64,000 nt of DNA. Source: Octopus sinensis. Lineage: Eukaryota. The stretch is from NCBI RefSeq assembly GCF_006345805.1, contig NC_043002.1:16120001-16184000 (forward strand), given 5' to 3'. Of this stretch, positions 25,673 through 40,120 are shown piece after piece. The number at the start of each line of letters is the position of its first letter. The first letter of the stretch is position 1. The notes beneath the pieces are model-generated. The model ran no database searches, was not told where the DNA came from, and saw only the letters and a program-made list of their open reading frames with translations. Position numbers and translations under genes: made by a program.

Positions 25673-25848
25673 TTTAAATGCACATTGCTTTTATGTGAAA
25701 ATATATATATATGCACACACAGACGCACATATCTGCGAAGGCTTTCGTATCTGTGTGTTTGGAGTTATATGTTATAAGGTTTCATAAAAGCATGAGATTT
25801 TGAACAGTTTATTGTTATTTCAGCAAATCATTTTCATGAGGCGAATGG

Positions 25849-25879
<31 letters not shown>

Positions 25880-27798
25880 CTCCAATGTCTTACTGAATTT
25901 AACATTCATGCACTTTTGTGTCAGTAGAATCATATATACATTTATTCTAACAAATAATCCAAATTTGACATTTTGTGAGCATTATTTCAAACTGTTGTCG
26001 GATTTACTGCCATTCTATGAATGCGATCATAATTTTTGTGTGCAATTATCATTCTGCAATGAAATATGTCGGGTTAAGATATATATTCTCTGACTGAGTC
26101 GGATATTCATTCAAGAAGCAGCTGAAACTAATTCTTCTCTATTATACTATCTACTACCAAGAGAAACTTGTGAAATCCGTTTCGAATTATTGCGTCTCAT
26201 AAAATATCATACATGTTTGTCTTCTCTGGAGAAATTAATCTTCAATTTATGGAATTACTTAAGCTACAGTGAAATATGTAGTTACTGCTGTTTTCTATCT
26301 CGGCTGGTTTATTGAGAACGGGTTTGGTGCCCGGATATCCAAGTTAATTTTAAGCTTATGCGAGGCAATATTATATGAAATAATATAGCACATTTATTTA
26401 AGATGTGTATTGAGAGAAGTTTGCATTTATATAAGTCTTGTATATTTCCATCGCATCACTGCCATCTATTTTGTGAAGAGAGAGAAGTGAGAAACTTTGC
26501 ATATGCAGAATGCGTGTATAGTATGTCGATAAAATTCATCTGACACGTCGGATCACTATAATCTTATTTGTCAGCATGTAAATGGGGGAATTTTAATTAT
26601 ACAATACTGGAGTTTGATACGACCCACGAAATAGCCGACTAAGTGACCCTCAATGTAAATAATTGTCAGCGATATCATCTACAAACCCCTCCTTATAGTG
26701 TTAAGTGATGAAATAACACGGAAAACGGATGTAGTCTTACGTTGTCTTTAATGAATGGCTGCTTACCGTGCAAACGCATATGATGAGTCTTGAACCATTG
26801 CTCTTAAATTCTACAGAATAAGAACACCGTGCTACCACGAACAGTAAAGCCATGTAAGACAAATATATCATCTTGCCCTAATATTTTTGATGCCTAAGGC
26901 TTTATGGCTTGGCCGATCAAATTCGCATGTTTGGAAACCTTTGAGATGGAATTTTTGTGCCAAATAATCTTGTCGAATTTTCTGGAAACTGTTGAGATTT
27001 TCAATTCTTAGAATGATATCTGGTACCGTAGAGAACTGTATCGCTCTGTTCCATGATTGGCGTTTTCAGATTTTCTACTGCAACTGTCTAGGAGAACAGG
27101 ACATTTTACGGAAAGGTATGTCAGTCAGCTTTGAGAAAGAGTGTCCTCGTTTTTTCTACTTCGTTTGTTCCATATAATTGTGAACACTCTTTATATGTAG
27201 TATACTACGCAACGAAAACTTGTATTATTCCATAATTCTTGAAAGATTCCCTATTCCCATGTTGTTTACGTAAAATCAGATGTCCCTCGTTAATAAAAAG
27301 TAATTGAGTTAATACTAATATTAGTGTGGACATTACGTATTTAACACGTTGTGCAGCAAATGCTGATAATCACAAATAGCTAATTGACACTGCTAATTAT
27401 GCGGTGATTATAACGAAATTCAATGGTCATTCGAGTTTCCAGCGTGGAGCCAATTTTAGAAAGATTTGTTAATTGAAATACCTGTACCAGATCTCTTCGA
27501 CCCAAAGGTAGACACCTTTCAATATTTCATATTTACGGCTGGATCCATGTTTTATTTTTCAAGTGAAAGGATTGCCACGATTTATCTTTGTAATATGAGC
27601 AATTAAAAGCAAATATCGACTTCAAATAGTCGGATCAAAATCTTCTGAAAATATATGGAGATCAACCTATGTATTCTTATTTTATCATTAACATATTTCA
27701 TAAGGATTTGCGTTTACCACATTCCCGGTAACCAGGTTTACTTATTTTAATATTTCTCTACTGAAATAAGAGAATTTAAATCACATGCGTTGTTAGTA

Positions 27799-27871
27799 TG
27801 ATTTAATGGAATGTCAGAATGTAGATAATTCTTGATTTAATGGAATGTCAGAATGTAGATAATTCTTGATT
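27799..27871. repeat. Perfect 34-bp tandem duplication
   Basis: tgatttaatggaatgtcagaatgtagataattct occurs twice, plus a partial third copy. Confidence 0.9.
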
Positions 27872-28051
27872 CCATTTGGAATTTGCATTAACTGTCATCT
27901 ACAGATAAGTATCTTACATCTTTTATTCTTACGTGTTTCAGTCATTAGATAGTGGTAATTCTAGGGTACTAACTCCAAGTATTTTAGTTGGAGAAATTGA
28001 CCCCAAATCTCGAACCGCTAGCTGTGGGGATGTAAAAACACCGTCACTATT

Positions 28052-28331
28052 AGTCAATCGTTGGTAAGAAACGAACACAGACATAAACACAGACACACTC
28101 TCACATCCCTAACCAACCAAACAACACAACTATATATATACATATATATAATTATATATATATATATATATACACGACGGGCTTCTTTCCGTTTCCGTCT
28201 ACCGAGTTCACTCACAAGGCTTTTGGTCGGCCGGTGGCTATAATATGAGACACTTACCAAAGGCGCTATGCAGTAGAGCTGAACCCGGAGCCACGTTTAT
28301 GAAAAGATAAATTTTACCACACAGCCATGCT
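28052..28331 (-). mobile_element. SINE family 1, 5' two-thirds
   Basis: Reverse complement of the head, the CORE-like region and the internal (TA)n. Confidence 0.8.
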
Positions 28332-29109
28332 ACTGCCTAAACTATTCTGGCAGAAGTCATTTAAATAAATCATGTATAATATTATATATTATACATTATA
28401 ACCATATCCGTTTTCTGATTTTCTAATATATGTATATTATACATTTTCACTCTTTTAATACAAGTGTAGATTTTTATATAAACGTGTAGATTATGATATA
28501 AACATGCATTTATCATACTCTGCTGACGTTATTCATGTACACACGGAAAAAAATATTCATACATAGTTGTAAAAATCACACCAAATTCCATCACATATAT
28601 CTCATATAGTGAATGACATAGGAAATGCAGAACTATACGGAAACAACACGTTACATAAAGAATATAAATTCAAAGGAAATCGCCCGGCAGGCGTTGTCGC
28701 TACTGTTGGCTGTTTTGTTAAACATATTCCTTTCAGAAGGCTACAGGGTATGTGTCGTTCTATATAGTAATATATATAGGATTCTTTGATAATTCTTCTC
28801 TCAGCTTCGGCTTACTACATTGTTCATTCATATACATGCACGTATACACATTCATATATGCTTATCGCACCGTATATTATATTTCATGAAATGTATTCTA
28901 CGCACAGTAGAAATGAAGTAGATCTACGTTTGTGACTCTGTGTGTGTGTGTGTGTGTGTATCCGTGTGTGTGTGTGTGGGTGTGTATTCTGCGGTTGCAG
29001 ATTACGGATGCTCCAGTAAAACATCAAGGTAAATTGGATACAGAAATACCAATATGAAAAGATTAGCTTCTATATTCATCGTACGCATCAGTTATGTCAC
29101 CATCATCAT

Positions 29110-29660
29110 AGATGACAAGGTCGATGAAGACGTGGACGATGATGATGATAATGATGTTGAGTATGATGATGATGATTGTTATGGTGGCGGCGGTGGTGAT
29201 GATGATGATGATGATGGTGGTGATGATGATGATGATTATGATGATTATGATGATGGTGATGATGATGATGATGATGATGGTGGTGTTGGTGGTGATGATG
29301 ATGATTATGATGATGATGATGATGATGATGATGATGGTGGTGATGATGATGATTATGATGATGATGGTGGTGGTGATGGTGATGATGATGATGATGATGG
29401 TGGTAGTGGTGGTGATGATGATGATTATGATGATGATGATGATGATGATGGTGGTGGTGATGATGATGATTATGATGATGATGGTAGTGGTGATGGTGAT
29501 GATGACGGTGATGATGATCTGGGTAATGATGTTGATAATTATGATGGAGATGATGACGGTGATGATGATGATGATAACGATGGGTTCGATGATTCAGTTG
29601 ATGATATGTGTGATCTTTGCAATGTTGGTTGTGGTGATGATGATGATGATGAAGATGACT
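29110..29660. repeat. Complex (GAT)n/(GGT)n microsatellite with higher-order duplication
   Basis: Read directly; a block of about 120 bp is repeated (about 29280-29400 and 29400-29520). Confidence 0.9.
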
Positions 29661-30650
29661 AAAATATGGATAATTTTCATTGCACACCCTGCTATGTCGA
29701 GCCGTATTTTATGCTATAGCGTATGGTATTTACACAGGGTTAATATTTTATATTTACATTCATACTTGTTTATCTTGTATCACTTATCTAATTCAGGAAT
29801 TTCGAGTCAGAATTCGTTACATTCCGTATGCTATCATCATTAGATACGGTCAATAAAAATAATTTTGTTTAAACATTGAATAATTAGAGAGATATTCTTC
29901 TTTTCCGTTAATGTCAATACTGGTTTATCCTTAATAATTACATCCTGTTATATACTGTACAGACACTTTCTAATTTGTCCGATTAGTTACAAGAAATTGA
30001 ACCAAATATCTTAACAATATAAACAATCAACTATAAAAGCTAACAATTTTCGATCGTTTCGAGCCTATGGCTGTTCAGATATTCCATGGATGTATAGATC
30101 TTTTCATTTGTTAAATGAAAAACTGAAAGTAATAACACAAAAACCACAGTGAAGCCCATAGAACTCAGCAATCTCCGCAGAGTCTACAGGCAGATTATTA
30201 TGACTATTTATTTTCCGAACTTGATATTTTGTATAATACATATTATATTTTGAGTCTTTGATTCACTTCTGTTCTGTGTTAGATTTATTTGTTTATTTTC
30301 GTTCATTATGTAACTAAACACTTGGTAGATTTCCGAAAGGTTGGTAACATATGACAGAATACACTTTCACACAGAATTTTTATACAAATGTATACCCACG
30401 GACCCACCTACATATGTATCTATATATATATATATATCGTGAAGCTTATGTGTCACGTAAATGTGGCGGTCCGATAAGGAATGATGCTACCGTTATTTGC
30501 AGCCCCTGTCTGTGTCTGATTAGTATTTGAGAAAGTAAATCATCCTTTCCATTTCTAGCCTTAAGTGATACACACAGAGCCGGATTTCTGGGTATTAACC
30601 CGTCGTCAGTGTTTTATATTCACCAGCTAGCGATTTATATATATATGTAT

Positions 30651-30692
<42 letters not shown>

Positions 30693-30707
30693 TATATAAT
30701 ATATATA

Positions 30708-30740
<33 letters not shown>

Positions 30741-30795
30741 CCCATACATATATATATCTTCTACACAGTCTCTTATACACATTGGACTGTTGACG

Positions 30796-31011
30796 TTTGT
30801 GAAGGCTGAAACGAAACAACAGCGTGCTTCTGTAAAATTCTGAGAAGACGGCGGCCGAAAAAGCCCTCATGCCTCAAACAGCTTCCAAGGACGCTGCCAT
30901 AAACAACATACAAGTCTATTAGTGGTTTTCGCGCTTTAGGAATGGTGACTTTACGCTTGAAAACCAATCTCGTTCAAAGCGATCGTCGACCTCCCGAATG
31001 AATGGGAACAT
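30796..31011 (+). mobile_element. Mariner transposase 5' fragment (HTH region)
   Basis: Encodes QRASVKF..KTAAE..QVY*WFSRFRNGDFTLENQSRSKRSSTSRMN, the mariner N-terminal pattern. It is an inverted copy of 31376-31602. Confidence 0.8.
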
Positions 31012-31602
31012 CAATACACATTGCATATTTGATGCGCTTTTGGTGGGTGACATGAAATTCAATGCTTCCTTTGACATGATCGCTGCTTCATTTCGGACTC
31101 GTAGCCGCAGCATCAGCTTTCGTCACAAGTGATGACCTTCAATAGAAGTTCCGGATCAACTTCCAACTGGTATTTCAGTTGCTGACACGCATGAAATCAT
31201 GATTGCTTTTGATCTTCCGTGAGATACCGAGGCACAAATTTTGATGCAACATCTTTCATTTTCAATTCTTCGCTCAGAATGATTTTGGCAGTAGCTCCCG
31301 GACACACTAGTCAGATCAACAAGTTCGTCAATTTTCTTGCGATGGTCCTCCCATATCAGTTCAGGAATTTTAGCTATGTTTTCATTCATTCGGGAGGTCG
31401 ACGATCGCCCTGGACGAGATTGGTCTTCAAGTGTCAAGTCACCATCCCTAAAGCATGAAAACCAATCATAAACTTAAGTGTTGTTTATGGCAGCGTTCTA
31501 GAAAGCTGTTTCAGGGATGACAGCTTATTTCGGCTGCCGTCTTCTGCAGCAGAAAACAGAATTTACAGAAGCACGCTGTTGCTTCGTTTCAGCCTTCACA
31601 AA
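31005..31602 (-). mobile_element. Mariner transposase pseudogene fragment (N-terminus to first catalytic Asp)
   Basis: The minus strand gives LEDQSRPGRSSTS, VASKFVPRYLTEDQK (WVPHEL-equivalent linker) and KVITCDES*CCGYESEMKQ (first D of the DDD triad). Confidence 0.85.
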
Positions 31603-32391
31603 ATCGACAAACAAAGTCAAAGCCCGGCAAAACAAAGACGCCAAACGTTGCAGCATGTCTTCATTCAATGTCGCCGGTTTGCATACTGATACCTGAGGGT
31701 CGCATCAAGTGACTAGTAGCGGTGGAATCCCCACCTACATTGGACTTGTTCGTAACGCTACCAGTGGTTTCCCGCTTATTTAAGTGGATCCGTGGCAGGT
31801 GATGGAAATTCTAACCGCAAGAAAATATAGTAGCGTTAACAAGTAATGAGTACCTATACACAAAATGAGAAGTCATTTAATATCCATTATTAAAAGTAAC
31901 TTTCAAATGAGATCGGCCTCTAGAGCTTTAGATGTAGGTTATTGCTTTTAATGATTCTGTGGCAAAGAATGTTCATAATATTTAGTCAAGTTACACGAAG
32001 ACTATTTGAAGTTACATGTGCAACCAACAATGGAATAGTGATTGCTTGGCTTATAAAATGTAGGACAATAAATATTATCAGAGGACAGTGAAGTTAGTTA
32101 TATTGAGACTAGGGACAGATGATAGCAATTGGTAATTATACATACACATTATATATACATGTTCCTTAATGCTAGTGCCTGCTGATGTCTATTGGTAACG
32201 TGCTGCGGAACTCTAAGGTATTGAGTTAAAGGAATGTTTCTTGCCTATAGAGATTGTATACCCAGGCAGCCACAGCGACGCTGTTGTCGTCGACTTCTTC
32301 TTCTTCTTCTTCTCCTCCTCTTCTTCTTCTTCTTCTTCTTCTTCTTCTTCTTCTCCTTCTTCTCCTTCTTTTTCTTCTTCTCCTCCTTCTT

Positions 32392-32870
32392 CCAGTCAAG
32401 ACTCACGCCATTAGCCACAAAGAATAATCTCTAATTCGAGCCTACTCTAAGCTACTAAGAATGCGCGTGGCAACTTGAAGATCCACCCACTACACGCGAT
32501 ATACTATTGATTGCACGGCTGTGATAGCCAAGTAATTATCCTCATTACGTAAACGGTGGCTTTTAACGGCTGGAGAGCTGAACCATCCTGGGGTACAGAG
32601 GATTCGCAATCTAGTCTACGGTATGAAAATTTACCACACTATAGTGGGTTACACCATGGTTCCTGTGCTTTGTGGCAGAAGTAGGAAGAAAGAGTGAGAG
32701 AAAGCTGTGGTGAAAGAGTACAGCGGGGTTCACCATAACCCACCGACAGAGCCTCGTAGAGCTTAGATGTTTTTGCTCTATAAACACTCACAATGCCTGG
32801 TCTGGGAATCGAAACCGCGTTCGTACGGCCGCGAGTCCGCCGCCCTTACCACTGGGACATTGCGCCTCCA
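32392..32870 (-). mobile_element. tRNA-derived SINE family 3 with (GAA)n tail
   Basis: The minus strand has tggaggcgcaatgtcccagtggtaaggg (A box) and gcggtttcgattccca (B box). The body ends in the (TTC)n tract at 32295-32391. Confidence 0.75.
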
Positions 32871-33467
32871 CCGCCGCTGATGTTCAATAGCAAAGAAATA
32901 TAAAGTTTGCGGCTAAACAACACACTGAATCCTACTTATGAAAGTACATCGAAGACAAACAAATAAAAAAAGAAGAATCGTACACACACATAAATATATG
33001 CTTTTGCTTTTTCGGTTCTCTGTATGAGCATGTATTATAGCGTGCGCTTTTGCTAGCGCAAATGTTTTCTTCTAAAATGGTTATTTTTCGTTGCATAATC
33101 TTGCTTTTGATCGTGCACATGATAATTTTTAATGTGACTTTGTACGTTTTCCCTTGTGTACACCGAAGACATTGTTTATCAAACATGATCTATTCTTTAT
33201 TTAGGAAAAATGCAAAAGTATAAATTACATTTCTTTTAAAATATAATTTTTCTACACTAATTATGCCCAAGTTAAAAGAGATTTTATATTAAGAAAATTG
33301 TGTGTTCTAAGCATTGAGTGCCGTTGAGAGCAAAATATTTTAGCTAGGTGGATTTAATTAAATGTTTTATATTAGATCCTTAAATCTTATACAGCAGATA
33401 TGACTGCCGCTGTAAAATACTCAACGTTTTATCTTTTTATTCGTCTCAAGTCAGCATACACAACGGG

Positions 33468-33539
<72 letters not shown>

Positions 33540-33566
33540 TATATATACACGCACATACACACAAAA

Positions 33567-33627
<61 letters not shown>

Positions 33628-33781
33628 TTTGTGTGTATGTGCGTGTGTATATATATATATATATAAATATATATATAATTTTTGTGTATTGGAAATAAAA
33701 ATTAAAATGTGGCTTTTATATATCTACATATGAATGTATAGTAATGTGTATATATGCACACATATATACTTACATACATAC

Positions 33782-33782
<1 letters not shown>

Positions 33783-33858
<76 letters not shown>

Positions 33859-33859
33859 T

Positions 33860-33916
<57 letters not shown>

Positions 33917-33937
33917 GAGATAGATAGATAGATAGAT
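33783..33937. repeat. (GATA)n microsatellite
   Basis: Read directly. Confidence 0.95.
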
Positions 33938-34510
33938 TTCTATATATAATTCACTTTTAATAATATCTTGGCATTCACTTAACGTTATGTTAACCCAAAT
34001 AACATGTAATATGTTGAGAAACAATATACACTGTGGCTCTTTTTATATCAATTTCAAATATATTAATTTGGTCGTCGAAAATGTTGAGATCATTTGCCGT
34101 TGGGATCTACTCGACATTTCATCTTCATATTACGGACGAACTACAGAGAAATCTTCACTTTCCCTATTAAATTCTGTCTTTGCCTCTAAGTAATAACATA
34201 ATTCAACATTATTACATTATCTACCTAAAAGAGCGGCATGCTGTTTTATGTAATATGCTATCTATAGTTACCATAATTACTAGAGCCTCTATGGTAAGTA
34301 ACAGCATTAATTACGGATTAGAATAATGCATTCCATTTCATAGCCCCAACAACTTGAATCAGCAAATCGCAGAGTCTTGTCTTCATATAATAATGGCGTA
34401 TTATGTATTCTAGTAATAGATATATATCAGTAAGGTACGTGGGTGGACAAAGTTGGAACGCATTCGATCCTACTTGTAGCTTTCCACTGTTCAAAAACAT
34501 AAAAAATAAA

Positions 34511-34755
34511 TGCGCCCACTGAAAGCCTAACCAGGCTCATGGGCGCGGTTTCCCGGTTTCAATGGCGTATGTGTTCCTTAGCTGGACGGGACGCCAGTCC
34601 ATCGCAGCGTTACTCATTTTTGCCAGCAGAGTCGACTGGAGCAACGTGAAATGAAGTGTTTTGCTCAAAAACACAACGCGTCGCCCGGTCCAGGAATCGA
34701 AACTACAATCCTACGATCATGATGCTGACACCCTAACCACTAAGCCACGAGCCTC
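34511..34755 (-). mobile_element. tRNA-derived SINE family 2b (V-domain-like motif)
   Basis: The minus strand has A-box ggcttagtggttagg and B-box gtttcgattcc. The centre is shared with family 2a and is followed by gcgatggactggcgtcccgtccag, which resembles the V-SINE domain. Confidence 0.85.
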
Positions 34756-34790
34756 TAATAATAATGATAATAATGATGATGATAATAATC

Positions 34791-34886
<96 letters not shown>

Positions 34887-34888
<2 letters not shown>

Positions 34889-35810
34889 GGGTAATTTCAA
34901 GGAAGAGCGATTCAATGGTTTTAAATCTTCACACAGTTATCAAAGAACTTGAGCAAGAACAAACTTACAAATACCTTAGGATAAACGAAGGCTCTGTTAT
35001 TCAGGATGCAAGCATAAAAGAGAAGGTCATGATAGAATGATGCAGGAGAATTCCAGCACTCCTGTTATAAATGCACGTAACACAGAGTTAGGCATAAATT
35101 CTTTAGCAGTTCCAGTTTTCACTTATAGTTTCCATGTGTTGAACTGGAATATTAGCAAGTTAAGGAAGCTTGAGGAGAAAGCATGTAAGCTCTTGACTTA
35201 TATTATGCACAGCCTAAAGGGATAAGCAGATCGTCTTTAATTTCCCAGACCCCAAGCAGGGCGAGATTTGATTCAATTTGAAATTTCTTACAAAAGGACC
35301 GCAAGTGGTCTGGACAAATGTCTTAAAACCTCTAACTACCGGGTGCTAAACTACGTTGAAAAAGAAAATGTGTAAGAGGCATCATTATGTCATGAATGAG
35401 AGCAAAAATGTTACTACTGCGCATGTAGAAAATACCCAGACTGTATAGGAAGATTGAAGTGCGGCAACCGTTGTTGCGAAGCAGGCGAAATCAATGGCAG
35501 AGCAAAAAGCGTTTGAACAATTAGCTGATAGGTGCTAACAAAAACCTCTGCATGGCAAATATGTGGCCCGTAGCCAGCATGCTGGTCTAGAACAGAAGGA
35601 CATCCATCAGTTGCTACTGTGCTCGGAGCTAAAGTCAGATAGTGAAAGCTTTATCTTGCCTGCCCGAGATCAGAGTTTATTGACGCGGAAATAGGAAGTG
35701 AATGTGATGAAAAATGTAATTGACCCAAACTGTCAATACTCTAACGATAGGATTGAAACGGTGAACGACCAAATCTCTGGGTGCAAGAAGTACAAAAGAT
35801 TGTCTTAACT
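34887..35810 (+). mobile_element. Degenerate R4/Dong-type LINE fragment (post-RT to zinc finger)
   Basis: Starts right after (AAT)n and encodes TYKYL, INSLAVPVFTYSFHVLNW, LHGKY and ESFILPARDQSL. Confidence 0.75.
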
Positions 35811-36199
35811 GGTTTGTCACACGTATTATGAAGGGCATTGTCTCCTTGAAATTTCTTTCCTACCCATCCTTATTTTGTTTTCTATTTTTCTTCTTTCATT
35901 TTTCTCTGTCTATTTTCTTTTTATATTACATGCCTTTGTAAATTAACAATATGATGTGTTTAATTTGATGGCATGCCAATGTACACAATGAATTTTCCAA
36001 CATGTGTGTCGTGAAGAAAGTCGTCAAATAAAACAAACAAAAAAAAGTTAATGACAGTTTTTAAAATGTTGTAATAGATTGCCTACAGTAAATATTCTAT
36101 TCAATACAGTACATTTGCAAATCAGCTGCTAGACCTTAATCAGTTGAGAATCTCTTAGTTGCTGAAAATATATCCATCCCTAATCACGAGGAGTATAAG

Positions 36200-36553
36200 T
36201 GAGAGGAGCATCATAGCCGTGTCTTGAGAAATTGTTCGTGTTTGAATAATTCACCACTGGAAATATGGGAATATCATTCATCACCCTTAAGCAAACCTTA
36301 TTCAAGGACCTTTTCACCACGATGAGCTACTCAACCAGCGGAAAATCCTAACTGAGCCCCAATCTGCAAGGTGAGATGCTGTTGACTTGACACGAGAGGA
36401 GCATGTGTTGCTCATATGGTCGTAAATCATGGACCCGGTGTACCATTATCAAACGTATACTCTTAATGGGTATTTGGGGTTCGTATATTTTGCAAGCCAG
36501 TTTTATCTTGATAGGTTGGTTTCATCTTGATGGCTTGTGCTTGACTTTCATTC
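36200..36553 (+). mobile_element. Family-A repeat, diverged truncated copy with (AAT)n tail
   Basis: Homologous to the reverse complement of about 1457-1790 (ggagcatcatagcc..ccttattcaaggacc..gctactcaacc..ttcgtatatttt). Confidence 0.7.
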
Positions 36554-36657
<104 letters not shown>

Positions 36658-36667
36658 CAACAACATC

Positions 36668-36720
<53 letters not shown>

Positions 36721-36722
<2 letters not shown>

Positions 36723-36909
36723 TAATCCCAAGGTTTAAAACAAACATTTTTTTAATGTATTAGACATTCACTAGTACAACACCAAAAAAAACCAAATATA
36801 TGGCACACTAGGCATAACAACAACGTGAACTTCCAACCTGTTGTCTCTTGAGGTCTCTGGGTAAGACTTGGAGCCAACTTGTACAGACATAAAGCAAAAG
36901 TCAAACATA

Positions 36910-36910
<1 letters not shown>
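36721..36910 (+). mobile_element. Probable 3' UTR of another AAT-tailed LINE
   Basis: A unique ~190-bp island between two (AAT)n tracts, ending aaagcaaaagtcaaacatag(AAT)n. The assignment is by analogy only. Confidence 0.4.
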
Positions 36911-36975
<65 letters not shown>

Positions 36976-36977
<2 letters not shown>

Positions 36978-38045
36978 GTTGCTTGGAAAAAGTATGGCGA
37001 AGTGAAGGACGGAACTGACAACACACGGAAGTTTAGGGACGAGAGAAATCAGGAGAGGCATCTTCCAGGGGGACTACCTGTCCCCACTGATCTTTGTACT
37101 CTGCATGATACCACTGATACAGATTCTGAGGAGAATCAAAGGCTTGATACGTATTCAAGAGCCGCCAACAAAATGTCAAGCACTCGTTATTCATGGATGG
37201 CTTCAAACTTTATGGTAAAGATGAATCTCAAGTCAGTACCTTCATCGATACGGTGTATACTTTCAGTGCTGATATCAGAATGGAGCTACGACTGAAAAAG
37301 TGTGGTGTGTTTGACTTAAAGAGATGCAAAATGAAATGTATGGATGGGCCGGGGGTTATGAAGCAGATAGAAGAAATGGGCGATATGCACTTAGGAATAT
37401 TGGAAATGTAAATTGTTGGTGAAAGAAATGACAGAAGCATTTAATGTGGAGTACTTGCGCAGACTGACACGGATCCTTAAATCGAAATTAAACGAACGGA
37501 ACGAGAAGCTATCAACACTTTGGAGGTTTCACTACTTACAAATTGAGCAGGGGAATTCGCATGGACAGCATACGAACTAAACAGCTTAGACAGAAATAGA
37601 AAGAAGTTGCTGAATAGATATGGGATACGCAACCCAAAACGTAACACTGTCCATCAGTATGTACCATATAATAGAGGAGAAAGAGGACTTATTGGATGCG
37701 AACGCAGCATTAGAGCAGAAGAAAACAACATAACATGGTATGTGAAAAAATCACAGAATTGATTTTGCTGTAAGTCAGAATATTAGGCTTGTGTAGAATG
37801 GAAGACTGTACAATGACTCGAGAATGAAGGAAAATGAAAATAAGCGGATAAAGAAAAGAATGCTTTGGCAATTTCATAGGGATTTTGAATATACGACAGA
37901 CAGAGAAAAAAGATGGCTATGGATGACTAAAAGGGACTTAAAACCGGAAACGGTGGCTCTAATCTGTTCTGCGCACGAGTAAGCATTTAGAACCAATTAC
38001 ATCACATACAGAATCGACAACACATCAGAAAGTGTTAAGTGTCTA
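36976..38045 (+). mobile_element. Degenerate R4/Dong-type LINE, RT region
   Basis: Encodes GIFQGDYLSPLIFVLCMIPL, FMDGFKLYGK, FSADIRMEL.LKKCG and WLWMTKRDLKPETVALICSA; starts after (AAT)n. Confidence 0.8.
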
Positions 38046-38900
38046 CCACAGATGCATGATATACCCAATACTACAATAAGAAATAGGTTGTTTGTGTGAT
38101 AGAAACTATTCCGCCAAACAATAATTAATGGAAAACATGAATGACGAAATAAATCTTTAACACATCTCACAATCACATTGCTTGTGTCTGGCTGAATCGT
38201 TAAACTTTCCCTCTAAATCTACAATTTTTCGTGAATTCAAGTCTATAGGATTGGCTATGTTTCATTGTCATAGGTGTGCTGAAAATTACAGCCACTTCGA
38301 GAAAGTCTATCTGTATCCTAGTTTCGGTCCATCTATTGTGCGAAGTCGTTGGGGCAGAAAAGCTCATGGCTTCAAGGGTGTCAAAATCGCTCGGTTTCAA
38401 GCCCTGCATATCGAGTTCTTTTACAGAGATAAGAAAATGTTGAGTACTACTACAATAACTGTGTGAATCTCAGAAGGGAATATTTTGAATGAAATTATAA
38501 TCAACTGATTCTCCTATATTTTCTTTTTCACAAAGCAGGGAATTTTTAACATCCCCTTGTACGTCATGCTCATTTATCTCTACAAATACATGTTATTTTG
38601 TCTTTCTAAATGATAAATAAGCGAGGGAAAACGATACGCTTTTCTGTGTCACAAGTTCATACTAAAGCCAAGAAAACTGGTTATATGACCGTGCAAGATC
38701 TCACCAAAGCAGCTGGAAGAATGTCACAAACTCGCCGCAACGTATTAGTTGACATATTTTTCGATCATAGAATATAATTTTTGCATCAAAGAATGGTGCC
38801 AAATATAGCAGTTGCCACTATTGTCAAATTTTGAATTTGTTGAGACAAAGATATATTTCATCCACACTTAATATAAATGAAAGGAAACCCTGCCACTAAA

Positions 38901-38969
38901 TATACACACTTAATGAATGCTTATATAGAAACATATATACACACTTAATGAATGCTAATATAGAAACAT
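38901..38969. repeat. 35-bp tandem duplication
   Basis: tatacacacttaatgaatgct.atatagaaacat occurs twice with one mismatch. Confidence 0.85.
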
Positions 38970-39259
38970 TAATAAATTACTATGATTTCGCCTGCAGGCT
39001 TTGAAACTCACACTTCTCAATGATCATGTTAAGAGCAACTTGCACTATAGTTAACCACGAAACAAAGATGCAAGAATGTAAGCTACAAAAGTTGTAGCAA
39101 CTGCTTAAAGACATGACAATACTATTTGTAATAAAGACATTCAGGTTTCAGTGAAAACTAGTCGGAACACGATACACTGCAGCGGAAATCGTTTCCGACA
39201 TATCATTCACTACTGGACTACAGAATTAGTCACACGAATGAATCCAAAAATACCAAGTC

Positions 39260-39346
39260 CACTCCACCACCACCACCTCAACCACCACCACCACCACCAC
39301 CTCAACCACCACCACCACCACCACCACCACCGCCGCCACCACCACC

Positions 39347-39385
<39 letters not shown>

Positions 39386-39491
39386 GCTAATACTACTAAT
39401 ACTGCTGCTGCTACTACTACTAACAATACTGCTACTACTAAAACTACTACTACCAATACTGCTACTACTGCTACTGCTACTGCTGCTACTA

Positions 39492-39522
<31 letters not shown>

Positions 39523-39728
39523 ACTACTACTACTATTACTACTACTATTACCAATACTGCTATAACTACTACTACTACTAATACTACTACTACTAATACT
39601 GCTGCTGCTGCTACTACTGCTACTATAACAACTACTACTACTACTACAAATAATACTACTGCTACTACTACTACTACTGCTACTACTACTACTGCTGCTG
39701 CTACAACAACTACTACTACTACTACTAT

Positions 39729-39763
<35 letters not shown>

Positions 39764-39790
39764 TACTACTACTACTACTACTACTACTAG
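39260..39790. repeat. Compound (CAC)n/(TAC)n/(TGC)n microsatellite
   Basis: Read directly. Confidence 0.95.
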
Positions 39791-40086
39791 CTGCTCAAAC
39801 GTGATTAATCTTCACTGATATTGTCTTCGGCGGTTAGGTCATGTGAATTTGATCCAAAAACAAACTGAATTTTCTACTGAAAATACTTTTTCGGGTGGAA
39901 TGGCATCACTGTCACTTTTCATAAGATATTTTTCCTTAAAGATCAATCTCTAATTACATTCCGTAATTTTTTTTATAATTACTTCACGTTTGATAATTTA
40001 AGTTATAATTTTATATTTCTGCGTTTCTGTTTCTGCACCTCCCACATTCACACATATAAGTACCTCTCTCTCTCTCTCTCAATCTC

Positions 40087-40118
<32 letters not shown>

Positions 40119-40120
40119 AC

